NCBI GenBank assembly: GCA_973851085.1
Contig: OZ316776.1
Coordinates: forward strand, 12,586,001 to 12,650,000
Source of the DNA: Ptychomitrium polyphyllum
Lineage: Eukaryota
Direction of reading: 5' to 3'
DNA: 64,000 nucleotides
Shown: positions 13,587 through 25,449 of the stretch, one piece after another
How positions within the stretch are numbered: position 1 is the stretch's first letter
How the letters are laid out: every line of letters begins with the position of its first letter
Notes under the pieces: generated by a model
The model's input: the letters and a program-made list of their open reading frames with translations, nothing else
What the model was told of the DNA's origin: nothing
Database searches by the model: none
Made by a program: the position numbers and the translations under genes

Positions 13587-14888
13587 GCTGGTGGGCAACA
13601 ACCCAGGTCAGTTTTTTGTGCATGCAGGGTGTGGGTGATGGCGAGCTCAATGCCTTGGAGTTATAAAATGGCTTGCTAGCTGCCAGGTTTGTCTGGATAG
13701 TGGCCTGGGTAAGGCACCGTAAAATCTTTCAAGTCTTGCAGTGATTGACTGTGTATTTGTTGGTTTGTTTGTTGGTTGGTTTGTTTGTTGGTTGGTTTAT
13801 TCGCTGTCACTGCTCTGTTGTTGCATTTGGGGGGTTGAGAGTCGCCTTTAGTGGTTTCAAGCAGGCATCTGCAAGAAGGTGGCGAAGCTTGATCTTCTGC
13901 TGTGACTCTGCAAGTGCATTCTTGGGTTTTTTGCTACTTCTTGGTGTTGGCTGCTGTCTTGGAATGATGCTCGAATTGTGGGAGGGTTTAAGTGCCTGAA
14001 TGGTATCACCGATGGCAGATTGCAATGCCGTGCCGTTTTATTATTTGGGTTCCCGGGTCTTGCAGAGTACGCTATGTGTGTTAGAGTTTTGTTTGAGTTG
14101 TACTTTCTTCGAAGAGGAATACTTCTGATTGCTTCATTACAAAGGTTTTTTTTGGAAGTGAAGCAGTTTCTGAAAAAATGCATACATTTTAGGGCTTCAT
14201 TTTATCAGCAAAGTGTACCTCACTTGAAAAAGACTTAGGTCCTTGGGAGCTCTTTTGAAAATATTGGAAGTTAGGTCGGGGTGAAACTTCATTCGTAGCT
14301 GCATTTGGGCAATCGTTCCTCATAACCTGATATGGTACATTTAACTTAGCGTGGAAGAATTTAGTTGTTGTCGGTTATGGGCATCTCGTGAACAATCTGA
14401 CTTGGGTGTCAGTGAGTTTCGATTAAACCTGATTCTGCTTTTGAGCGCGTAATGTAGTTCATCTTGAGTTTTCACGCGAAGTGAGTTTTAAACGCTTTTA
14501 GGTTCCACGTGAGTTGTTTCAGGAGGAGATGAGTATTTTTTCTCTAGTTTCACATCGTCAGATGAAGCGCCGTTTCCATTGTTCGCCCGTTTGTGGAAAA
14601 AAACACAATGCTAAACGTGCAGAGTTCGATTAGATACCAACTCAGCCGGCTCAAGTGTCATTTGCCCGAGAAATAGGTTTGATTCTGTAACTCTCTCTGT
14701 GCAGATCATTGACGCTTCTGCAAGCTTACCTGACGTTTTAGGGAACGGTGTGGCGCTCATAAGGGATTAAGGGTTCTGGCAAGAGAATTCTGCACCCACT
14801 AATCATCAGTGTTGATCTCTTGTACTGTACCTATTCTTTCAAATTCAAGGTAAAGATGCTCGATGCATTTTCTCTTATTTGCTTCCAG

Positions 14889-14914
14889 GGTTTACAAAAT
14901 GCATTTTGTAAACC
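14889..14914. repeat. Perfect 26-bp palindrome in the 5'UTR intron of the BAH-PHD gene
   Basis: ggtttacaaaatg|cattttgtaaacc is its own reverse complement. Confidence 0.9.
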
Positions 14915-14998
14915 ATGCTCGTTTGTCTCATGTGTATCAGAAGCTGGGGATTGAATTGACAATCTGATTTGATTTTTTAAATATTATAAATATGCAGT

Positions 14999-17304
14999 AT
15001 GGCGAAGAAGCGTACCAAGAGCCGACTGGATTTCTACCGCATCACCAACACTCCGAAAATCATTAAACGTAGGTTTGTTCATTATCTCTGAAGTGAGTGG
15101 AAAATCAATTTGCATCACTGCACCGAACCTGTAGTAGTTGCACAATAATGATTAAATGGTAGATGATTAAAACACGAGGGCAGTTTTTAAGTAGCAGGGA
15201 ACTTCAACTCTAGGTTTTCTGAATTTATCCTACAAAGTAATAGAGTAGGGACTAGCTATTAGGTCAGTGCGGAACTTAGTGACCGATGCATACGAGACGG
15301 GTTTTTGTGATTGACCATGAGAAGATCATTACTGCACAATTGTCTTGGTTTAGGTTTTTCTTAAACTCAGACCTGGTTTGGGTGACCACTCGTTTGGATA
15401 ACTTATAACATCCACAACATACGAAAGTTATCCTGGCACTCTCTTGAACTGGGGATGAGCACTCGCAGTTTTGGGGAATTTTAAGAATGGGCTTTAAGGG
15501 AAGAATTGTAGGGGGCCAAATCCTTTCGAGCACCAAATTTGGGTTACCAAAATGGTTCTGTCCTAAGTTTGAGTTTGAGAAGGAAGAGCTTCTTGCTCGA
15601 AAGGAAAGGAGGGTACCTGGATAATGTTCATGGCCGCTTTAGCTCAGTTTCTGTTTGTACTCGCACAAAGAATGAAACAGAAGATTTAGGGCTAAGCTAG
15701 GGTTCAACGAGGTGAACTGTTAGGATAGTTTCATTAAAAGGACGCTACGACCGATTGTAAGGCTCTAGCCCTTAGCTAACCTGTGAAAGGAAAACAAGGC
15801 GGCAGTTTGTGTTGGTCGCTGTGCTCCTGTCACTGACATCAGCAACTTGCCTAATTGTTTACTTTCACAGGGCTGCTGCTCACGGAACTCTGTTCACAAG
15901 GAAAAGCACGACCTGAGGTAACCCAAAAGTCAGAAGTTTTTACTCATGGCCCCATATTGATAGATCCTTGAAAATAGATAGATTTGAAATAATACAAACA
16001 TGCGTCCTTGATTTCTCTACTTACAGTGCTGGCACTGTCATTTTCTGGTTTTAATGCAGCTGGTGATACGGTGACTCTGCGGCCACCAGATCCCTCCACT
16101 CCTCCGTATGTGGCCAGAATTGAACACATCGAGCTGGACATGGCGGAGAAGATCACACTCAAAGTGCGCTGGTACTACCGACCCGAGGAATCTGCGGGTG
16201 GGCGTCGGCAGTTTCATGGCTCGAAAGAGCTCTTTCTTTCCGACCACTACGATGTTTGCAGTCCTGAGGCAGTGGAAAATAAGTGCACTATCCATACCTT
16301 CAAAGATTACACACGCCTGGAGGATGTAGGCGCTGATGATTATTTCTGTCGGTTCGACTACAATGCAAGTACTGGAACATTCTCGCCAGATCGTGTTGCT
16401 GTGTGAGTGCATCTTTCTCCTGTGATTGCATTTTTTGGTTATGCAAGAGCACGGCAACTAACTCAGCCGGCATGACACTGTAACTTCATGAGAAGTACAT
16501 GACCGCGGGGAAATATTAACCTGTTGATTCTGTCAATTGAGTCCTGACTGCTTGGAAATGGACACGACACTCTTTGAACATTGTGACTTTGGACCTTGCA
16601 AGTCTTTATCTGACATGGCAGCAAGGGAATACTATTGCAATATGCAAAAAGTTAGTGCGAGATTAGCTAAGATCAAATCTGTTAATGTATCTTGCAGGTA
16701 TTGCAAGTGTGAGATGCCCTACAATCCTGATGATTTGATGGTCCAATGCGAGAACTGCAAAGATTGGTAAGATTTCTCATGTTCAAGATGTTAACCATTG
16801 AGTGATTTTGTTTTCTGCCGCTCTATTTCTAGCATAACTAGCCAGCGGCACTAGCAATGACTGATAAAAGAAGACGTTGATGGAACTGCAATTGCACTGA
16901 ATCCAGTGGTTATTTTAGTCTAGAATGAATGAGTACTTCTAAGCTAAGCCAATTTTCAAAGACTAAGAGGTCTCTCTCATCTCCTTCCAAGTTGCATCCA
17001 TTGAGATGGGAAGACCCCTCCATCTACCCGCAATCGCCATTTACTACCCAGGATAGGGTTTGCCATCAAATCCGGATTTTGCTGATATTGTGTTTGTTTA
17101 CTTTGAAATGAGACTAAACTTGGCTAGTGTAACAAACCCTCATGTTGAAGGAAAACAAACGCAAGCTTCACTTGATCTGCTTGGAGACTAAATTGGTACA
17201 GTTATTGCTCCGGCAACAGGTTCCATCCGCATTGTGTGAAGCTGTCTTCCGAGGACATTAAAAACGTCAAGAATTTCAACTGCCCTGACTGCATTGATAA
17301 TTGA
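14999..17304 (+). CDS. EBS: BAH-PHD histone reader (EBS/SHL-like), 188 aa; exons 14999-15068, 16060-16402, 16698-16766, 17220-17304
   Basis: GT-AG exons join in frame. BAH motifs [36 protein letters not shown] and DDYFCRFDY are present, as is [31 protein letters not shown]...CPDC. A 5'UTR intron 14850-14997 ends just before the ATG. Confidence 0.95.
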
Positions 17305-19722
17305 AGCCATCTCACCATCAATTTAGTTGTCTCACTTTGCTATGCTGTCAACATCTTTACGGCCAAAAGGAAGTGGAGCTAGGTCTTTTATGATGGAATT
17401 TCATAATTCAAGCAAGGACGAGTCGCCAACGAGGTTCTGTACGGATTGATGTTTTGTGCATCAGTCTACATTTTGAGTAGGCCAAGGTTCTGGAAATTAT
17501 AAATAGTTTCTGGTTAGCTGGATTGCACAGGGACTTTCAAGGAATAACTGCTTTATGCTTTTCCCAGGCTTGGAAGGAAGATGTACCATACTTTGGAAAC
17601 GTCACAGGATGCTGAAGTGGTAGTGAAAATGTATATGATTTTTTGCCCTGTTGTAAGTTTCCGATTATGGTATTGGACTGGGCCATTGAACTGACCAGTG
17701 CAATCATTTTTCCAAGAGAAAGCATGCCACTTAAATTGCCTTAAATTGCGCTCCATACACTTTTTGTTTTTCGGTGTGAGTTTGCTTCTCTGTGAACAGT
17801 GAGCTCCAAGCATGTTCAAGCCAGTTGAACGGGCTTCACCTAAAAAGAAGATATCTTAGCGGCTTCTCAGTATGAGACACTAAGACTTCATCGGAAAAAA
17901 TACATGGTATAAAACTAAACTGAACATGCAAATTTCACTTGAGGCAGCATTCAACACATAACATTCTTCACTGACACCCTCCGAACACCCTCGCCCATTG
18001 CTACTGCAAATGCAGAAAAATGTAGAAGTTTCTACGTTTTCATTGGTCCTTTGACTTCATTCTTCTCGAAAGCATGAAAACAAGTTAAGAATAGTTAAAG
18101 TAGAGGAAAGCACACAAAGAGCGATAACATGAGCAATAAGTAAAAAGAGCTGCAGGAGGCAGTAGAAGCAAACAAAAATTTAGCCCACAACATGGGTATT
18201 TAGGCAACGAACGGTCGACTTGAAAAGATGGGAAGGTATTAAAGTATCAAGATGAAAGAAATCTCCCCCTATATCAATTTTTGAGTTGTCATTTTAAGTG
18301 CATTTCCAAGAATAGTCAACAAGAGAAAACTTTCAATAGTTGCTCCTGTGTAGGTGGCCTACTAATTTTCTCATTCATCTTCAAATTCCTTCTTGTGTGG
18401 GCAACAAGTCAAGCTGTAAAATCTAATATAAAAATTTCAAAATTTTAACTAATCATATTGTTGAAATTCCATAAATATGGCAGAAATCTCTACTCCCATA
18501 GTTGATGAAACAAGGTGTAAGGCAATTCTAATGCTTTTATGATAATGATCTAATTTGAATTTTGTCCATGTTCAAATTTAAACTATTTGGCATATACAAA
18601 AATGAAACCAAGTTATATTAAGGAATCTTAGAAATTCTCAAAAAGCATTTATTTTTAAAATCAGTTTATTTCAGAAGGATATTTAGTCAAATTCAAAAGT
18701 ATTTTTTACATGTAATAAGACTTTTTTAAGTAACATGATAATTTCAAACACACTAATTAAATTATACTCAAACAATTTCCTATAGTTTAAAAGATATCCT
18801 CTCTCAAAAACAATATAATAAATTAGGCATTTCTTTTTTTTAAATTAACTTCCAATTTTTTGCATAGTTATACTTGTTTTTTTAAAACAAAAATTACCAT
18901 TCCCTTCTAAAACATGGTAAAAGTAAATGTATTGCATATTCGTTCTAATTAATACTTTTGTAATGTTTTCTACTTAGATGTAATTTGAAGATTTTGCCTT
19001 CGCTAATATGTAATTTTATTTTCTTAGAAAACAAGTAATTATTAAAAATTGGAAACACATAGCCATTCAAAGTCCTCTAGATGTACAGAATTTATTTATT
19101 TTAAATTCAAAAACAATTTCAGATAATATCTTTAACAATTCTTGTGAGTATTAGACTAAATTTTAGAGTATTAGACTAAATTTCAATACTAATTACAACT
19201 CCTTTGTAGCATAATAAGTACTAAAACTTTCGTTGTACTTCAATATCCAAGGTTTGAAAAACACATAAGCTTAAAAGCATAATATAATAATCAAACAAAA
19301 GAAGCGAATCCTTTGCAAAAAAGTTCTTCTCTGAAAAGGTTACCCTCCAAAAAAGTTCAAATCTCTACTGCTCTGCTTCTAGAAGTATTTCCTTTCAAAC
19401 GATTCGAAACAACTCTGAATTAAAGGCCGACTCGTGCTGCTCAAATTTCTCAACACACCTAGTTGCAAGAACTGCGGTGGTGTACATTGAGCTTGTACCT
19501 CTGTTTCGATAGAAAAATGAAAATCTTCAGGAGCTTTGCGAGCACAAGAAGCTTAAGAAAGGCCCATTCAATTTAGTCCCAAATAAAAATAATGAACAAT
19601 AATTCCTAGAGACTCCTCTCCTCCTGAGATACTCAGTGTGTGCGGTTTCGCAGCTGGGAACTCCAACAGCAATGGTACACAGCTCCTAATCCTAGCCAAC
19701 GTAATGATACACTTCAAAATGT

Positions 19723-20733
19723 TCAGTCGCCATTTGCTCGCTGTCGAAGAACCCTGTTGTCCTCAGGTAAATCGCACATAAAGTTTCCATTCCCATTACT
19801 CCTGCCTAAATGATATCTAGCCAGATTCTTGTTATCACCGAAACTGGAATCCCAGACCCTAACATCCTCATATCTAACTTCATGGCTGGGTGAAGCCAAC
19901 GTAAGAATCTCCTGGGTCCGCTTTAACCAGTCTGAGTTCAATCTGCGTGCAAAATCCTCAACCTCTCTGTCCACAATCTCCTTCAAAACAGGGTCTAAGC
20001 CGTCATCGTCAAAATCTCCCTCTTCAAACACCTTGTCCTGGTCTCTTAGCAACCTGTTATGATGCTCAAGAATTGTGTTGCTTGCCCCTCTCGCTCGTGG
20101 AATACTTCTGCCAAGCTCTTGTACTGCTTTTCCAGTATCCAGTTCGACGTCAACAGCTTCATTGGTGGAGTCAGTCTGGAGCCGAGATGCCACTGCCCCA
20201 CTTGAATCATCACTCTGGCCCTTCTTCCGCCGGTTCTTCTTCTTCTTGGGTCTGCCTACTTTGTTGTTCTTATTTTCACCATCAATAAAGGAAACCAATT
20301 CTTCTACAGAGCGCTCATCCTTAACTTGCTTCTCATTAGGGGAGTCTATAGCGTTGCTTTTGAGAAGCTTCTTTTCCTGAAGCTCCTTCCGCTTTCGAGC
20401 ATAGAGCCGATTCAACAACCTAATTCGAGGGTCATCGGTCATCATTTTGACAGGTTCGAGTTTCTCTTCCTCCGTTAAGTCGTCTGGTAGGTGAAATATT
20501 TCTCGTATTTGCTCAGGGGTTTTGCCTTCAATCATGCGTGCCAGGGCCCGACTTGTTAAGTCACCCAGCGGCTTCATGTCAAGACTATTTGCTGCTGATG
20601 CTAATTCACACAGCCTTCGTGTGTCTAGCCGCACAAACTTCTCATCAAAGAGTTTGCGCTCCTTATCAGACCGCCCAGGAACCCTGTGGAACCGACAATA
20701 CTCCAATACTAGTTTGAGTGCTCCTGGACTAAC
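19723..20733 (-). CDS. SKP1-like (ASK20/ASK21-type) coding sequence; intronless, lacks the N-terminus; terminal exon of the chimeric gene
   Basis: YCRFH.VPGRSDKERK.FDEKFVR.DT.RLCEL, DLTSRALARMIEGKTPEQIREIFHLPDDLTEEEKLEP, DDPRIRLLNRLYARKRKEL and DREVEDFARRLNSDW match the ASK21 type. The segment is preceded by acceptor ggtgcag|GTT. Confidence 0.9.
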   Translation of the reverse strand, partial: VSPGALKLVLEYCRFHRVPGRSDKERKLFDEKFVRLDTRRLCELASAANSLDMKPLGDLTSRALARMIEGKTPEQIREIFHLPDDLTEEEKLEPVKMMTDDPRIRLLNRLYARKRKELQEKKLLKSNAIDSPNEKQVKDERSVEELVSFIDGENKNNKVGRPKKKKNRRKKGQSDDSSGAVASRLQTDSTNEAVDVELDTGKAVQELGRSIPRARGASNTILEHHNRLLRDQDKVFEEGDFDDDGLDPVLKEIVDREVEDFARRLNSDWLKRTQEILTLASPSHEVRYEDVRVWDSSFGDNKNLARYHLGRSNGNGNFMCDLPEDNRVLRQRANGD

Positions 20734-21059
20734 CTGCACCATAGCACAACCCAAGCAACCTGAATTGAAACCACTGCAATCAATTCCTAATTCATCCCCA
20801 AAGAGAGAACTGATCGGTTTGTTTCAAAACTATGCCTGTGCTAGGTTGCTATTTGCAGGAACGATGCAAAAGAGACATACTATTCATCCACAAAAGACGC
20901 CCTCAACGACCACACATTGCTTTAACATAAGTGAATTTTGCCAGAAACCTAATAATTCGTGATAAACTATGAAGACCCTACCAAAAAATCATTAAGAAAT
21001 GGGCCCTATCTTCATCCTGACATACAAAGATTAGACCAAGAGTGATGTCAAGCACTCAC

Positions 21060-23012
21060 AGATTTGAACTTCTTCAGTTCACGTCTGGCAACTTTGCCTC
21101 GCCAAGCACACTGAAACGTGATAGCACCCTTACGCAGTTGTTTATATTGAGACCTGGTCTTCAATCCACGCCACCAAGCCTACAGAAGAAAACAGAAACA
21201 AACCCATCTTAGCCTCTTCGGATCAAAAAGCAGTTAAGTAGAGCGGTTGTAAGTTATCTGCTGATACTAGCAGCAATAAATCACCAACAAAGAACTCCAT
21301 AAATCAGGATGTGATATAACAAGGACTACAAACCTCCTCAAGACATAAACAGCAGCAACTTCATCATAGCATTTAGATCCGAGATGTAGTCGAATACATT
21401 GACTGCAATGTTTGGCAACATTACCTCAACAAAGGCACTGCATTATTTCAAGCAAAATGAAACAAAAAATTATAGACCTCAACTTCCTCAAGCCCGGTTG
21501 CTCATAAAGAAACCAAACACACAGCCCAATACCTGAATAATGGTGGCAGCTCTTGTCCGCTCGCTCAATTCATATTCATTGTGACCTATGTTTGTCTCCA
21601 TATACGTTTTGCAAGTAAGGGTCCCTACACATAAACACATCAGAAGTAGACAAACTGATAAGAACCTAACTACACACCACTTACAAGAAAATCCCAGATC
21701 TAAATTAAATAAATAGAAGGTATATCAACAAAGAATATAAGAACTGCATTTCTTCCTAAACCCATACCTCGCCAATATTTCTGAATTGTAACAGCAGCCA
21801 TTTCCATGGCTAGCAAGTCTTGCCTTTGGATCTTTATTGCTACGTTGCCCAACATCTCAGCTTTCTTTCTATCAAGTTCAGTCATTTCCCCAGATCGTAA
21901 AAAAACCTTCAAGTTTAACTCTCCAAATGGCGCCCCTTCATATTGTTCCATTTTGTGGTTGTTATGAAAAATGCGGTAATTCAACAACAAGATTAATCGC
22001 AATCAAAATACTTCTTGAATCTGTCTGGCATCCACAATCCATAAGCAACGTTAGATACCATAAACGCATACATTTATGCGGCCAAGAAAAACGCCTAATT
22101 TTTATCTTGGTTGACTCCTGTCAATCTGAGTCACTTGACAGCACACTTACCCAGCTCCCATCTACTTGCAAGAATGTACAGTAATGCTGGCTCATGGAGA
22201 TAAGCTAACTTCATCATATCATCCACGCATCCAGGTTGTGCATTTGTATCCTTGGCATAAATAGTGAATCTGTTTGACGACACCTGCATCAGAAGCAACA
22301 ACATGCACACACCTTTGTATCAAAAACAAACATAATCAAAACAACTTTCTGTTTTATAATGCTTGTTAAGAATCGTTTTCCTTATACTAAGAAAATCAAC
22401 AGATAGACTTACTATTACTGTTGAAGGCAATTCTTGGCTTCTATTAAATGAGTAAATGATCCTTGCTTCGGATATAGTACTACATATCACAATAGTGACG
22501 TGATGCCAGATGTTAAAATACAAATTCAGGTAATACTGAAGGGAAAAAGCTGGCTATTTGTGATGTCATGACAGCAAAAGTTGGCATATCCTCAGAGTGA
22601 CAGGTCTCATTCGATGACTTATAATTAGACTAGTCCTCTCAATATTCTTAAAACCTCCAAGAGGATCGAATGATGCAACTCAATAGCATCAGTAAAATCC
22701 CAGTAAAGCTAAGGTTCGAACAGCTAACTAAGTTGAAAGATGACAAGCTCAACGATGAATTTATTATTTCACGGTCCTGAACAGTACAAAAAATACACGT
22801 ACCAACATATTGATTTAAAATCATGCAGATAAGTCCATTTCCGAAGACCAAGGATGCTAGAACTAATGACTGCAAATATTTACCTCATATCCCTTAAAAC
22901 TGCGGATCTTAAATTTCTTGCCATCAATCTCTGTGATCTCTGCTTCTACCCAGGCCAAATCTGCGTCCTCCACCCAGACTTGGACACCGTTAACCACATT
23001 ACCAGCTATCGC
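21060..23012 (-). CDS. Internally deleted myosin XI duplicate forming the 5' part of a myosin XI::SKP1-like chimera; exons 23012-22884, 22283-22151, 22020-21768, 21624-21533, 21179-21060; one 1-nt frameshift at 21967-21971
   Basis: Exon-by-exon homology to exons 2, 3, 4/20, 21 and 22 of the + strand myosin XI (e.g. [64 protein letters not shown]). GT-AG sites are retained. The start codon upstream of the first exon is unresolved. Confidence 0.8.
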
Positions 23013-25449
23013 CTGCTAGAAACCGGCAAAAATATCAACTCTCAAATCATCATTATGCTAGCATTATCAATCAAGCAATGGAACGCACAAGACTAATCAA
23101 TAGAAGAACACGCTAATATAAAAAGTTTAGAGTACAAAAACATATGGTCTACTTACCCTAATTTTAAAACTCAACAACACTGAAGCACCAGGTCGTTGGA
23201 GTCTGGAATTGAGGTGGAATAACGATCACTATTACTGCAAAGCTCCTCAGTGTCCTGCATTAATTGATGTACGATATTGTCGTGGTCAGGAATCCTTAGC
23301 CCCTCGTTGTCACTGGCATGTTCACAGTATCTGATTAAATCAGCACACCAATGGCCCCATTCAACAGTAATTAGAAACCAATTGAATGAAAAGATACATG
23401 ATCCCACACACTACAGACTATTAATACAGGGGTTTCACCAGCAGAAGGCATGGCAAACCAAGATATCTTCCAAATGCTGCCTTTATACTCAAGTGTTGCC
23501 ACAAAAATAGTCGCACTGAAATGCTCCAAAAACTCCCGACTTCGAAGCAATGCAAAACAAGCAACTTTCAAACAATTGGAAGCAAAAGTCCATTCTCAGG
23601 ATCAAGCTTCCCACACCAAAATCATGTTCTTAATGTCCAAATCCGAAACACTATCGCCAAATGCCTCGCTAATACCCACTGAGCTCATTTCCTTAACCTC
23701 TCCTCAAAACCACCAGCTCCTCCAAGCAGAAACGACCGAACAGGGCGAAAACGAAATCAGCTTCCACCACTACCATCACAAACAAATTGCAGCTCCCCAA
23801 CCTCCAGTCCAATTCCAAAACAAAACCAACACCACCACTACACCGCCCAGGACGAACCACTCATAATCACGACAACAGAGACCACCACCACTGCACAAAC
23901 TCAACCAAACCAAAACTCTCAACAGCTCCCGCAACGAAAACCAAAATCACCACCTACCGGCGTGACAACCAAGAATTGGCCGCCACCACAAACGACCGCA
24001 TTGCAATTCCCAAACCCGCCCCCAAAACCGCGACCAAACCCCGTCATCCCTCCCGCCCTCAAACTTCCAAGCAAAATCGAAAAGCCAAAACCACATAACG
24101 CTGTGAAGACAAAACTTCCTACCTCATTATCAGGCTCCAGCACGGTGGCCCTCGTACGGGCCGTGGTGGCGCACTACTGCAGTGCAGCGACGGATCTCGC
24201 GCACGGCCGGAGCGCGGTGTGCGGACTACAGCAGAGTGCCGAGCCGGCCGCGGGAGCGCGAGTGAAGTGCGGACGCGAGGCGAAGCAAGAGGGCGCGCGC
24301 CATGGATCCTCGAAACCCTAGAAAGCTTGAAATGATTCCGCAACGCTGCGAGACAACCAACATCCACACCACTGCCTTCCCTGCGCAGCCCCGACCGCTC
24401 CCCGCGCTCGCTGCGACGCTATCTGCGCAACTTCTAGATTTCAGAACGCCTGGTGTTCGCCTCCCATAGATGATGTAAGGTTCCGGTTGGGAGAAGGGCA
24501 GGGCGGGCGCGACGGGCGGGCGGGCAGTGCGGGGCCGGAGCGTGGGTTGGGAGGAAGGAAGTACGAAACCCGCGCTCCACTCAGTGGCATCGACAGTATC
24601 TACGGATTTTCTAGACTTTGGAGGCATTTGGTAGATGATGTTGGTTTTACGTACGGGGACATCCGCGACGGGCAGGAGGGCAGAGAGGAGAGTAAATCGT
24701 GACTAGGCGGAGGAACCGTCACTTGTCGCAGAAACGTGGAAACTGTCCACGTGGTTTCTAGATTTACGTTGTCAAATCTATACCAGTGGTAGATTCTGGC
24801 GGTATTTCGTGCAACGGCGATTGTAAGTGCTTTCAAGCCCCGTTCCGTTTCAGCGGTGGAGCGCTGTTGCAGTGCATTGCCTCAGAATCACAGGATGTCT
24901 GCTTATTGCAAAGTGTTAAGCCCTGGCCTTTAAGGCCACGGTCGGCCGAGTTGAATGCAGAATCCGCCCTCACTTAATCGGCAACCCAGACCTATTCTGC
25001 GCCTCCCAGCCGTTCCCATGGTGTTCCCATATCATTCCCTGTCCTTAACGCCAGGGATCCAGCTAGGGAGCACCGCTTGTGCCTCCCGCTCGACCTGTGA
25101 GTTCGCGCTCGCAGGCCCGCGCAAAAGCTGTGCAGGGGCTTCAATCGGCCCTCCGCGGTCCGTTCCCTAGAACATGAATTCCCTGGGGAAACAGAGCGGA
25201 ATCGCTCTCGGACACTCCTATGCTGCGTTGAATTGTGCATTGCATCATGTGAGTTGTGCATGGCTGTGCTTCACAGCCAGTTCGTGAGCCTTGAGAACGC
25301 AGGGAACTGCTTTGAGAATTCTGGGAGCGGCTTGGGCTCAGCCCCAAGTTACACGTTCGAGGAATGTAATTTACTCGAGCTGCCACCTCGGGTGTAATCC
25401 GTTGCATTTGCACCCTTGTTTATAGGGTAGGCTACATTGCATTTTAACA

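Noticed and set aside
20734..20754. ORF-track start MGCAMVQ for the SKP1-like protein
   Set aside because: It does not resemble a SKP1 N-terminus and reads as intron sequence ending in the gtgcag acceptor.
23774..24128. Candidate ATG-only first exon for the chimeric myosin copy
   Set aside because: ATG|gtagtg at 23776-23774 has a weak donor, and ATGAG|gtagga near 24127 is out of phase. The start cannot be assigned from sequence alone.
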